Shown here: positions 27,756 to 35,849 of the stretch, piece by piece
Layout of the letters: each line of letters begins with the position of its first letter
How positions within the stretch are numbered: the first letter of the stretch is position 1
Origin: Nitrospirae bacterium MYbin3
GTDB lineage: Bacteria > Nitrospirota > Thermodesulfovibrionia > Thermodesulfovibrionales > Dissulfurispiraceae
NCBI GenBank assembly: GCA_002753335.1
Contig: PEAD01000001.1
Location: 62,001-126,000 of the forward strand
DNA: 64,000 nucleotides
Direction: 5' to 3'
Translations under genes and position numbers: made by a program
Notes under the pieces: model-generated
Databases searched by the model: none
What the model saw: the letters and a program-made list of their open reading frames with translations, nothing else
What the model was told of the DNA's origin: nothing

Positions 27756-29225
27756 TTACGGCAAGTTAATCAATTTCTTTGCAAGTTCAGGCATGTCAGA
27801 TAACAATTTTTCTTCATTCCCCGCAATACATTTAGAAGAACCTATTGATTCTGTTTCCATTGTTACCATATTAAAGCGTTTAGCTTGAAGAACTACAGAC
27901 TGGCCAAGGGTTGAGAGTTTTCCTGTTATGGCATTCTTAGCTGACAGCCAACCGCTCATCTGTAAAACCTGTTTGTCATCCATTAAAACAGCGTCCTGAA
28001 GTTTAAGCTCATTCAATACTTGCAATAAGTTTTCCCTGTTTATGAGTTGGAATTTGCCGAATTTCAGTAACTCCTCACGAAGGGCATCCGCCAGAATGAG
28101 CGCTGCGACCTTATATGCCTCTGTTGCTTCAAAATCATAAACAATAATTCTTGTCTTGTTTGTTTCATCAGGCTGCTTCTCGGTTATTTCTTTTATTTTT
28201 ACTTTTTGAACATTAGTTAATGTAAGAGTTAGTTTGCTTTCTTCTCTCACCTGCTTTTCACGCTCGGCCTTTTCCTGTGCTTCTCTTAGCTTGGCGATTC
28301 TGATCTGTTCAGCTCGTTCTTTCTCAAGCCGCTGCTGTTCAGCCTGTTCACGCTCTAAGCGTTCCCGTTCCTCTCTTAGCTTGGCGATTCTGATCTGTTC
28401 AGCTCGTTCTTTCTCAAGCCGTTGCTGTTCAGCCTGTTCACGCTCTAAGCGTTCCCGTTCCTCTCTTAGCTTGGCGATTCTGATCTGTTCAGCTCGTTCT
28501 TTCTCAAGCCGCTGCTGTTCAGCCTGTTCACGCTCTAAGCGTTCCCGTTCCTCTCTTAGCTTGGCGATGCGTTCAGCTTTATCTTTCTCTGTAGTGTCTT
28601 TTTGGCCTAAAAATTTACCCTTACGGAGCGCTAAAGAAAGCAACTTTCCTTTTGCATTATCAAAAAAATAACGATATGAAGCTTTGCTAATATCTTCAAT
28701 ATCAGACTTCGAATTAAAACTAGTTTTGGGATAGTCGCTGTACTGAAGCTTTTCTCCTGTTTCAATATTTATAAATGTATAGGAATAAGCACTTGTTATA
28801 GTATTATATGAAAATTTCCGGTCTGCTATCATAGCAAAATCTGCGTATAATGCCTTACCTACCCGTCTTGTTAAGGCATAATGATCTTTTTCTACATCAT
28901 ATAGAGATAGAGTCTTTCCATTCAGTACTGCTTTGACTTCTTTTTCAGGAACTATTTCATATATGCCGGTAGTATTTAGCAATTCTCCGGTACGTTTGTA
29001 TGTATCTTCCTTAAATGTTTCTTCAGAATCCCATGCCCATCCTCTAGGACCAAGAGTGGTTCTTGTATAATCTGAAAAGGTCATAATAAAGACTGTAATC
29101 TTTGGGGTCATCGGCGGATTTTGAGTGGTTCTTACTTCGATTTCAGCACAGGAAGTTAATAAAAATACGGACAACAGGAATAAGCAGAGATAATACCTTT
29201 TAAAAACGTAAGATTTGTTAGTCAT
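27756..29225 (-). CDS. Lipoprotein with charged coiled-coil repeats and C-terminal CsgG/TolB-N-like domain
   Basis: Lipobox LLTSC; 30-aa repeats; C-terminal IIVYDF...F.LINRENL.QVLNELKLQ...ITGKLS pattern. Confidence 0.65.
   Translation of the reverse strand: MTNKSYVFKRYYLCLFLLSVFLLTSCAEIEVRTTQNPPMTPKITVFIMTFSDYTRTTLGPRGWAWDSEETFKEDTYKRTGELLNTTGIYEIVPEKEVKAVLNGKTLSLYDVEKDHYALTRRVGKALYADFAMIADRKFSYNTITSAYSYTFINIETGEKLQYSDYPKTSFNSKSDIEDISKASYRYFFDNAKGKLLSLALRKGKFLGQKDTTEKDKAERIAKLREERERLEREQAEQQRLEKERAEQIRIAKLREERERLEREQAEQQRLEKERAEQIRIAKLREERERLEREQAEQQRLEKERAEQIRIAKLREAQEKAEREKQVREESKLTLTLTNVQKVKIKEITEKQPDETNKTRIIVYDFEATEAYKVAALILADALREELLKFGKFQLINRENLLQVLNELKLQDAVLMDDKQVLQMSGWLSAKNAITGKLSTLGQSVVLQAKRFNMVTMETESIGSSKCIAGNEEKLLSDMPELAKKLINLP
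28282..28568. repeat. Intragenic 90-bp tandem repeat, about 3.2 copies
   Basis: TTGGCGAT at 28291, 28381, 28471, 28561; copies identical except a C/T change at 28422. Confidence 0.95.
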
Positions 29226-29489
29226 TACCATCCTCTTTAAATATTGACCATTGATTACAGCCACTATTAGCAAATTCCAGTACTGGCTGGCTTTAAAAGA
29301 TAAATGCAGAATAGCATATTATTGCTATAAAAATATCTCAACTAGCAGGCACGACTACCGAATTGGGATTGAACAACAATTTGCAGCAAAATACTTTTAA
29401 AGATTTCCACTTACTATAGTGATGATTATCAGTAAGCCCATCACGCTCTATTTCAGGAAGCAAGTTTTTAAGAGCAGCGATCAATATCA

Positions 29490-30974
29490 TCATTCAATTC
29501 TTTTCAATGTAGTACTGCAAGGCGCGGGGCAACCACCCCAATACTCATCAATAGAAACTTTTTCAATTCTGATACTATTCCACTCCGCACACAGTCTTTT
29601 CTGCTGTCCATTGAATACTTTTTCGTTTGGTTTATTAATATCAAAAATATATACTGTGTCATTACGACCAACTAATTCTTTTGCTACCTCTCTTGTCAAC
29701 GTTACATTCTTAAACGAATCCAAAACCTCATCTAATGATTCGAGTCTATATTGGATACTAAGTTTGTTCCCATCATAATAACCTGAAAACTTATAACCGT
29801 TGCTGTTAATACCAGATATATTTGAGTTAACCTGTTTTATGTCAAGTTTGACATATTTGCCAGTACCACAATTATACACCTCCCACTTTCCAGTAAAATT
29901 AATTCCAGTGGTAAAATCCGATTGAGGTATTGATTTCATGGTGAGTTCCCGTTTCTCTTTTTCAAGTTTCTGTCTTTCTTCCTCAAGGCTCTTTTTTTCT
30001 GCCATTAGAGCCTTTGTCTGTTCCAACTCTTCTCGCTCTTTTTTTAGCTTTTCTTTTTCTTCCTGCAACTTCTTGCTCTCTTCGCTGACTTCTGTTGAAA
30101 TAGATAATCTTTCGGCATAGGTAACACTCGACTTTGCCAATTGGAACACAAAGTCACCACCTTCGTCCCCAGAGTTTTTTATGCCTTGGTATTGCGGAGT
30201 CTGGTCAGCTTTTCCTATTACTCGATTGCGTATATGTTTTCTGAATAAATCATCCGCTGTAATTTTGCTCTGGTTAGCTTCTTTAAGTCCTTTGATAAAG
30301 GCATCAGCAAAAACCGAATGTTTGCCGCCTCCAATATCAGACACAGGCTCATTGCCGCCGCTTGCCATAAGTGTTCGTGAAGGTTTTTCAAGCATTCTTG
30401 ATATATATTTTTCAATATCTGTTTTGCTTCCAAGGTCAACTCCTGTGTCTCTGGCAAAAGTTCCTGAGTAGCAACTATCAGAAACAATGAGGATATGATT
30501 AGAAGATATACGTTTAAGGTATGCTGTTATGTCATCAGCTATAATCCAGTTGGCAGGATTGTCGCTCTCTGCATCAACCGGTAGCCAATACGCCTTATCC
30601 GAAGACTTGTCGAACTGTCCATGACCAGCATAATAAACAAGAAAATGGTCATCCGCCCTAAGCTGATTTTTGAATTTGTTTATAGAGGTTATTATCTCTG
30701 CCCTCGTAGCATTGAGCAGGAGTTTGGTTTTGAATCCGAATTTGTCGGCAAGGACTTTTTCTATAACTTTCGCATCTTCTACGGCTGTGGACAGTTTGTT
30801 AAGGTGTTTATAGTTGTTGTTGCCGATAATGAGGGCGTAGTAGTTTCCACTTACGGCAGATGTGGTCTCAGCGAATTTCTCTTTGCCCTTAACCTTGACA
30901 GCCCTGTCTGCTTCAGAATAAGTCGATGCCGAGAACATCAGAACAGCTATTAGCAGAATAGAGAGTTTCTTCAT
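29490..30974 (-). CDS. Exported caspase-family (peptidase C14) protein with coiled coil and unknown C-terminal domain
   Basis: Signal peptide; YALIIGNNNY, YYAGHG (catalytic His), SDSCYSG (catalytic Cys), HSVF, GDFVF. Confidence 0.85.
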   Translation of the reverse strand: MKKLSILLIAVLMFSASTYSEADRAVKVKGKEKFAETTSAVSGNYYALIIGNNNYKHLNKLSTAVEDAKVIEKVLADKFGFKTKLLLNATRAEIITSINKFKNQLRADDHFLVYYAGHGQFDKSSDKAYWLPVDAESDNPANWIIADDITAYLKRISSNHILIVSDSCYSGTFARDTGVDLGSKTDIEKYISRMLEKPSRTLMASGGNEPVSDIGGGKHSVFADAFIKGLKEANQSKITADDLFRKHIRNRVIGKADQTPQYQGIKNSGDEGGDFVFQLAKSSVTYAERLSISTEVSEESKKLQEEKEKLKKEREELEQTKALMAEKKSLEEERQKLEKEKRELTMKSIPQSDFTTGINFTGKWEVYNCGTGKYVKLDIKQVNSNISGINSNGYKFSGYYDGNKLSIQYRLESLDEVLDSFKNVTLTREVAKELVGRNDTVYIFDINKPNEKVFNGQQKRLCAEWNSIRIEKVSIDEYWGGCPAPCSTTLKRIE

Positions 30975-31205
30975 TCTTCCCCTCACTTGCAGGATAATAA
31001 AATTATACTACAAACAGTATGAAGATAAAGGCAGGACGTTTATTCCCAATAGAAATATTGACTGTCACCCATCTTAACAAAAATGAAGATTTCAGGAAGT
31101 TATTTTTACACATTCAACGCCTTTTATAGCTAACAACATTTCTCATTTGATTATTTTCCCTTGCTCGCTTCCAGAAAACCCCTCACGGAGGTTAGATGCT
31201 TGGTG

Positions 31206-31298
31206 TCAGTTGGTTAGCCGTCCGCCGTTCATGATATATAGCAGTAAAAAGCTTATAAGCAGCAAGAAAGCCCAGTTCTCTTTGAGGAAACTCTTCAC
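31206..31298 (-). CDS. Putative small membrane protein (30 aa)
   Basis: GTG start after GGGAG; MKSFLKENWAFLLLISFLLLYIMNGGRLTN with one hydrophobic helix. Confidence 0.4.
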   Translation of the reverse strand: MKSFLKENWAFLLLISFLLLYIMNGGRLTN

Positions 31299-31353
31299 TT
31301 AACTTCGCTCCCGATTATCAGCGATCCAAGCCTTTTTTTATATAGGCCAAACA

Positions 31354-31824
31354 TTATCTTTTCATCATGGTTCCGATGCCCATAAGAGCGATACCATTGG
31401 ACATGAATGCGAGATTCAACACCGAGTTGACTGCATGAAGCCTTCTGAATTTAGCTCGCATGGGATGGTCTTCGGCAGTGGTTTCAAAGGACGGCACTGA
31501 ACGCTTTACATCCTGTATTTGCGGATAGAGACCGAGAGTTACATAGAGTGCGATGCATATGGACATAACCGCTAAACCAAGAGACACTCTGAAGGCCGTA
31601 ATAGTAAGCAATTGACATACACCCCAAAGAAGCAGCAAGGCCAGCACGGACATTCCTATAGTGAAGATGAAATATGAAGGGAAAAGGCTCCCTACAATTT
31701 CTCCGGCTTTATCCCTTGCGTAAGTCTTGAATATTACTGGAGTAACTACAAAGGTAAATATGAAAACTCCGCCCGTCCATAAGCCGAGAGTTAGAATATA
31801 AAAAAAGTATCCCCAGTTCCTCAT
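31354..31824 (-). CDS. DUF4149-like membrane protein
   Basis: WTGG..FTFVVTPVIF, AGEIVG.LFP.YF, FRRLH..S.LN. Confidence 0.8.
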   Translation of the reverse strand: MRNWGYFFYILTLGLWTGGVFIFTFVVTPVIFKTYARDKAGEIVGSLFPSYFIFTIGMSVLALLLLWGVCQLLTITAFRVSLGLAVMSICIALYVTLGLYPQIQDVKRSVPSFETTAEDHPMRAKFRRLHAVNSVLNLAFMSNGIALMGIGTMMKR

Positions 31825-31945
31825 TAGTAAATTATAACCTTAATCAGACGATAAAAAATTATTTCATTAAAAGTCCATAACAAATACAATACAAGGCAAG
31901 GCAAATAATCTGATATCATATATGAAACATTAATAGGAGCAAATA

Positions 31946-32362
31946 ATGCATTTTACTTTAATCGATTACTCCGAGCAATATTTCACAACTCTTGATAAGG
32001 ACAAAATACCCGAAGAACGGACAGGGAAGTTCATACAAGTGATTAACCACAATATAGGCATGGAGTATTTAATCATGTCGCCAATAGAACTCTCCTTTTT
32101 CCACGCAAACATAGCCGAGAAGTTTCTGTCGGAGCAGGGAATTCAAGGTTATTACAACGCCAAGAAAGACAAATATTATATCAACAATCCAGAATGGGAG
32201 ATTGTGGGTGGCGGCATGTGGACATTGGACTCAGATAACAAAACACTTAGCTTTTCAGGCAAATCGCTTGCCTACGGAGATTTCTCACCTGATCGACTTA
32301 AAGAAAAAATCCTTGCTGCGGGAATGTTTTCTGACTACGCTTTGTTTGTTAATGGACGTTGA
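31946..32362 (+). CDS. Hypothetical protein with Janus/Ocnus (PHPT1)-like motifs
   Basis: GKFIQV, FHANI, EIVGGG, KTLSFSGKSLAYG; AGGAG RBS. Confidence 0.6.
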   Translation: MHFTLIDYSEQYFTTLDKDKIPEERTGKFIQVINHNIGMEYLIMSPIELSFFHANIAEKFLSEQGIQGYYNAKKDKYYINNPEWEIVGGGMWTLDSDNKTLSFSGKSLAYGDFSPDRLKEKILAAGMFSDYALFVNGR

Positions 32363-32404
32363 CCGCAAACTTTATGCAACTCATATAAAATTCAGGATAA
32401 GATT

Positions 32405-32731
32405 ATGATTCCTGATGCATTCAGATATTTCGGTGAGTTCATTGGAGTGATTGCATGCGGCTTTGTATTGATTCACATGTATAATGAGGGGATTAAATAT
32501 TTGCTGTATGTGCTTGTTACGGTTATTATTGATTCTGCTATTTCATATGCTGTGCAGATAAAACAACTATTTTCTCTCCCGCTTTTTTCACAAGGGATTA
32601 TGGTATTTAGCCAAATATATGTTCTGTATTACATCCTTACCAAGTATAAAAAAGAAAGCAGAATATGGATTTTAGGGACGTTTATAGTAGGGGCAGTTAT
32701 TCATAATATAGGCATCATGTTCAAAAAATAA
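32405..32731 (+). CDS. Hypothetical membrane protein
   Basis: 108 aa with about four hydrophobic segments. Confidence 0.55.
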   Translation: MIPDAFRYFGEFIGVIACGFVLIHMYNEGIKYLLYVLVTVIIDSAISYAVQIKQLFSLPLFSQGIMVFSQIYVLYYILTKYKKESRIWILGTFIVGAVIHNIGIMFKK

Positions 32732-32759
32732 TATTAGCAGTATGTAAGGATGCTTTTGC

Positions 32760-32948
32760 GTGAATATATCCATTGAATACTGGGTTGTATGAAACTTTTT
32801 TTCCCAGGCTTCTCGTGTAGAAGCAGAACTAAATGCAAAATATCCTGATCCGACCATTAAGATAGTTGAAGGCTCAGGTGGCATTTTTGAAGTGAAGTAT
32901 GACGACAAGATAATATTCTCTAAGCTCGGGAACTCTTACCATTGGTGA
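32760..32948 (+). pseudogene. Rdx/SelW-family selenoprotein-like gene, probably degenerate (WxxU, truncated)
   Basis: GTG start; MNISIEYWVV-U(TGA 32790-32792)-NFFSQASRVEAEL...EGSGGIFEVKYDDKIIFSK; SECIS-like hairpin 32808-32824. Confidence 0.7.
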
Positions 32949-33060
32949 TTATTGATTGTAACGTGCATAAGTTTGCATAGAGCCAGCCCGCAAGATTTTA
33001 GGAAGCTTTCCATATCTATAACACACTGCTAGGCACAGGAAATTGGTTGTAAGAAATCTC

Positions 33061-33666
33061 TTATTCGGATTTTCTTTTTTTCTCTATGATTTTCACTGTT
33101 ATTTCGATACGCTCGTCTGGATTGTCATTTAGGTCCCGTGGCTGGCTTACAATTTTATCAGCCACTTCCATTCCTGAAACAACCTCACCAAAAACTGTGT
33201 ACTGCCTGTCGAGGGAAAAAGCGTCTCCTACGCATATAAAAAATTGTGAACCAGCACCGTCAGGATTATTCGTTCTCGCCATCGAGAGTATGCCGCGTTT
33301 GTGAGGAGTAGAACTGAACTCCGCTTTCACAGTATATCCCGGACCACCAAGACCGTGTCGTGCTTTGTTGGTATCTTTGGAATTTGGATCTCCGCCCTGT
33401 ATCATAAAACCGGGGATGACACGGTGGAAAATAGTGCCGTCGTAAAAGCCTTTAGTTGCAAGTCCAATAAAATTATTCACATGGTTAGGTGCCAATTCAG
33501 GAAAAAATTTCAGCTCAATATTGCCGAACTTCGTCTCGATGACTGCTCTTGTTTCGGACATTTTTTTAGTTTCTTCTTTAGTAAACTGTTTGTTTTTCAT
33601 TTCGGAATAGGCTGAAAGAGCCCAAACCATACTTGCTATCAAAATTGTTAAACGCAATATTTTCAT
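33061..33666 (-). CDS. Cyclophilin-type peptidyl-prolyl isomerase
   Basis: FHRVIPGFMIQGGDP, LSMAR, GSQFFI, YTVFGEV. Confidence 0.95.
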   Translation of the reverse strand: MKILRLTILIASMVWALSAYSEMKNKQFTKEETKKMSETRAVIETKFGNIELKFFPELAPNHVNNFIGLATKGFYDGTIFHRVIPGFMIQGGDPNSKDTNKARHGLGGPGYTVKAEFSSTPHKRGILSMARTNNPDGAGSQFFICVGDAFSLDRQYTVFGEVVSGMEVADKIVSQPRDLNDNPDERIEITVKIIEKKRKSE

Positions 33667-33686
33667 TTTGGTACCTCCATATAATG

Positions 33687-34166
33687 CTATTTGAATTGGT
33701 TTTGAACCAGCAGGCAGACAGCCTGCGCTGCAATGCCTTCGCCCCGGCCCACAAATCCCATACCCTCGTTGGTCTTTGCTTTTATGTTTACAAGCGATGC
33801 TGAAATCCCGGCCTCCGAAAGTTTTTGCTTCATGTCAGAAATGTAAGGGCCGATTTTCGGCCTCTCTGTTATTATCACCGAATCTATCCATGAGATGCCG
33901 AAGCCCTTGGAGCAAGCCATATCAACGGTTTGTTTAAGAAGTATTATGCTTGAAGCCCCTTTGAAACGCTCGTCGCTGTCAGGAAAATGCCTTCCGATAT
34001 CGCCTTCACCGAGAGCTCCGATTATGGCGTCAATTATGGCATGGCAAAGCACATCCCCATCGGAATGGCTTACAAGGCCTTTCTCAAAATGGATCTCGAC
34101 GCCGCCAAGCACAAGTTTTCTGCCCTCAACGAGTATATGCGAATCGTATCCTATGCCTATTCGCAT
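33687..34166 (-). CDS. ispF: 2-C-methyl-D-erythritol 2,4-cyclodiphosphate synthase
   Basis: GIGYDSH, HSDGDV, GDIGRHFPD, KAKTNE. Confidence 0.96.
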   Translation of the reverse strand: MRIGIGYDSHILVEGRKLVLGGVEIHFEKGLVSHSDGDVLCHAIIDAIIGALGEGDIGRHFPDSDERFKGASSIILLKQTVDMACSKGFGISWIDSVIITERPKIGPYISDMKQKLSEAGISASLVNIKAKTNEGMGFVGRGEGIAAQAVCLLVQNQFK

Positions 34167-34858
34167 TGTTTCAATAAGGCCTCTGCCAGAGGGATGTCCT
34201 CGGCAGTGGTAATCTTTATGTTTTTATAGGAGCCCATAACTATTCTGACCTTTCCCCCGTACCTCTCCAACAACGCTGCGTCGTCAGTAGCATAGAAACC
34301 TTCGTCAAAGGCTTTTTTATAGGCCTCTTTAATGCTGCCGCTCACAAATACCTGCGGCGTCTGAACCGACCATAAAACGCTGCGATTAACGGTCTTATCA
34401 ACAAAGAAAATATCGCCCGAAACAGTATGGCGCTTTATAGTATCTTTAACCGGAACCGCTGCGATAACCCCATCGCATTCTGCAAGACCGGAGAGGCAGC
34501 GCCCTATCACTTCTTGAGTTATCAAGGGTCTTGCTCCGTCATGAATCGCAACAACTGCGTTGTCATTTGTTATTGTTTTTAATGCGTTGCAAACCGAGTC
34601 CTGTCTTTCTTTGCCGCCAGCCACAACTGATTTAGCTTTAGTGATATTAAACATTCTTAGGATTTCCTGTCCTTCTGTTAATTCATCCGCTTTGAACACA
34701 GGAATAATTTCATCTACTGCACCACATTTTTGAAATGCCTCCAGCACATGCGCTACTACAGGCTTGCCCGAAAGTATATAAAAAGTTTTTTTAAGATCCT
34801 GTCCGAACCTCTTGCCCAAGCCCGCTGCAGGAATTACCGCTATTACTTTAGTCATCAT
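34157..34858 (-). CDS. ispD: 2-C-methyl-D-erythritol 4-phosphate cytidylyltransferase
   Basis: PAAGLGKRF, GGKERQDSV, HDGARP, QTPQVF, TDDA. Confidence 0.96.
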   Translation of the reverse strand: MMTKVIAVIPAAGLGKRFGQDLKKTFYILSGKPVVAHVLEAFQKCGAVDEIIPVFKADELTEGQEILRMFNITKAKSVVAGGKERQDSVCNALKTITNDNAVVAIHDGARPLITQEVIGRCLSGLAECDGVIAAVPVKDTIKRHTVSGDIFFVDKTVNRSVLWSVQTPQVFVSGSIKEAYKKAFDEGFYATDDAALLERYGGKVRIVMGSYKNIKITTAEDIPLAEALLKQCE

Positions 34859-35834
34859 CCTTGGGTTTTGCAAAGATCATTCGGCCCGCAGTGGTCTGAA
34901 GCACGCTCGTTACGGTAACGATAACGCTTTTGCCTATAAGCCTTCTTGCGTTTTCGACCACAACCATCGTGCCGTCATCAAGATAGGCCACTCCCTGATT
35001 CTGCTCCTTGCCTTCCTTGACCACAAAAAGAGTCATTGATTCGCCGGGCAGAACAACGGGCTTCAGCACATTGGAAAGCTCATTGATGTTCAGTATCTCT
35101 ACGCCCTGAAGCTGCGCCACCTTATTGAGGTTGAAGTCATTGGTGATAATTTTTGCGTTCATCACTCTGGCTAGAGCCACAAGCTTGGAGTCAACCTCTT
35201 TAATCTTTGGGAAATCTTCTTCGACAATTTTAACGTCTATTCCTGACATCTTTTGGATGCGCTGAAGCATGTCGAGGCCTCGTCTTCCCTTTGCCCTTCT
35301 CATAGGGTCTGGAGAATCAGCCACATACTGAAGCTCATGCAGAATAAACTGAGGAATTATAAGCGTGCCTTCTATAAAACCGACTTCGAGTATGTCGGCA
35401 ATGCGTCCGTCTATTATTACACTAGTATCAAGAAGCTTAAGACCTGTTTCTGTTTCCTGCCCCTTGAACAGTCGCATTATGCCGGGGATGGTGAAGCTCC
35501 TGCCTCTTTCAACGCCGACAAAAAGCGCGCCGTATCCGAAGATTGCGTTTAAAATAAAAAAATATTCCGGCCAGTATTGATCATGTATAATGTAGCGGAA
35601 CGGCAGAAGAAGAAGGTTTGCGGTTACTATTCCTGCTGCAAGCCCTACAAGCCCCCCTATAATAGAGCCTATCGAAATCTGCTTCAGGCGAGCCTTGATA
35701 AGAATTGCGAGTACGCCGAGCAGGCTGCCGATTAAAACACCCTGTACAAGATACCCCTGATGAAGACCGTAAAGAAGTCCTGAAAGCAAAAATATAAGGA
35801 ACATGATTATTTTTGCCATATGCTGTGAAAGCAT
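34848..35834 (-). CDS. Membrane PIN/TRAM-domain protein (YacL-like)
   Basis: LDTSVIIDGRI, RGLDML, TNDFNLNK, GVAYLDDGTMVVVE; upstream of ispD. Confidence 0.92.
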   Translation of the reverse strand: MLSQHMAKIIMFLIFLLSGLLYGLHQGYLVQGVLIGSLLGVLAILIKARLKQISIGSIIGGLVGLAAGIVTANLLLLPFRYIIHDQYWPEYFFILNAIFGYGALFVGVERGRSFTIPGIMRLFKGQETETGLKLLDTSVIIDGRIADILEVGFIEGTLIIPQFILHELQYVADSPDPMRRAKGRRGLDMLQRIQKMSGIDVKIVEEDFPKIKEVDSKLVALARVMNAKIITNDFNLNKVAQLQGVEILNINELSNVLKPVVLPGESMTLFVVKEGKEQNQGVAYLDDGTMVVVENARRLIGKSVIVTVTSVLQTTAGRMIFAKPKDDD

Positions 35835-35849
35835 TTTTTACCCCCTCTT

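Noticed and set aside
28282..28568. CRISPR array
   Set aside because: Contiguous 90-bp units with no unique spacers, in frame within a CDS, and no cas genes.
31128..31219. Integron attC-like site (GCTAAC...GTTAGC ends)
   Set aside because: Only the short terminal boxes pair; no convincing inner L boxes, no second site, no integrase, and it overlaps the small ORF.
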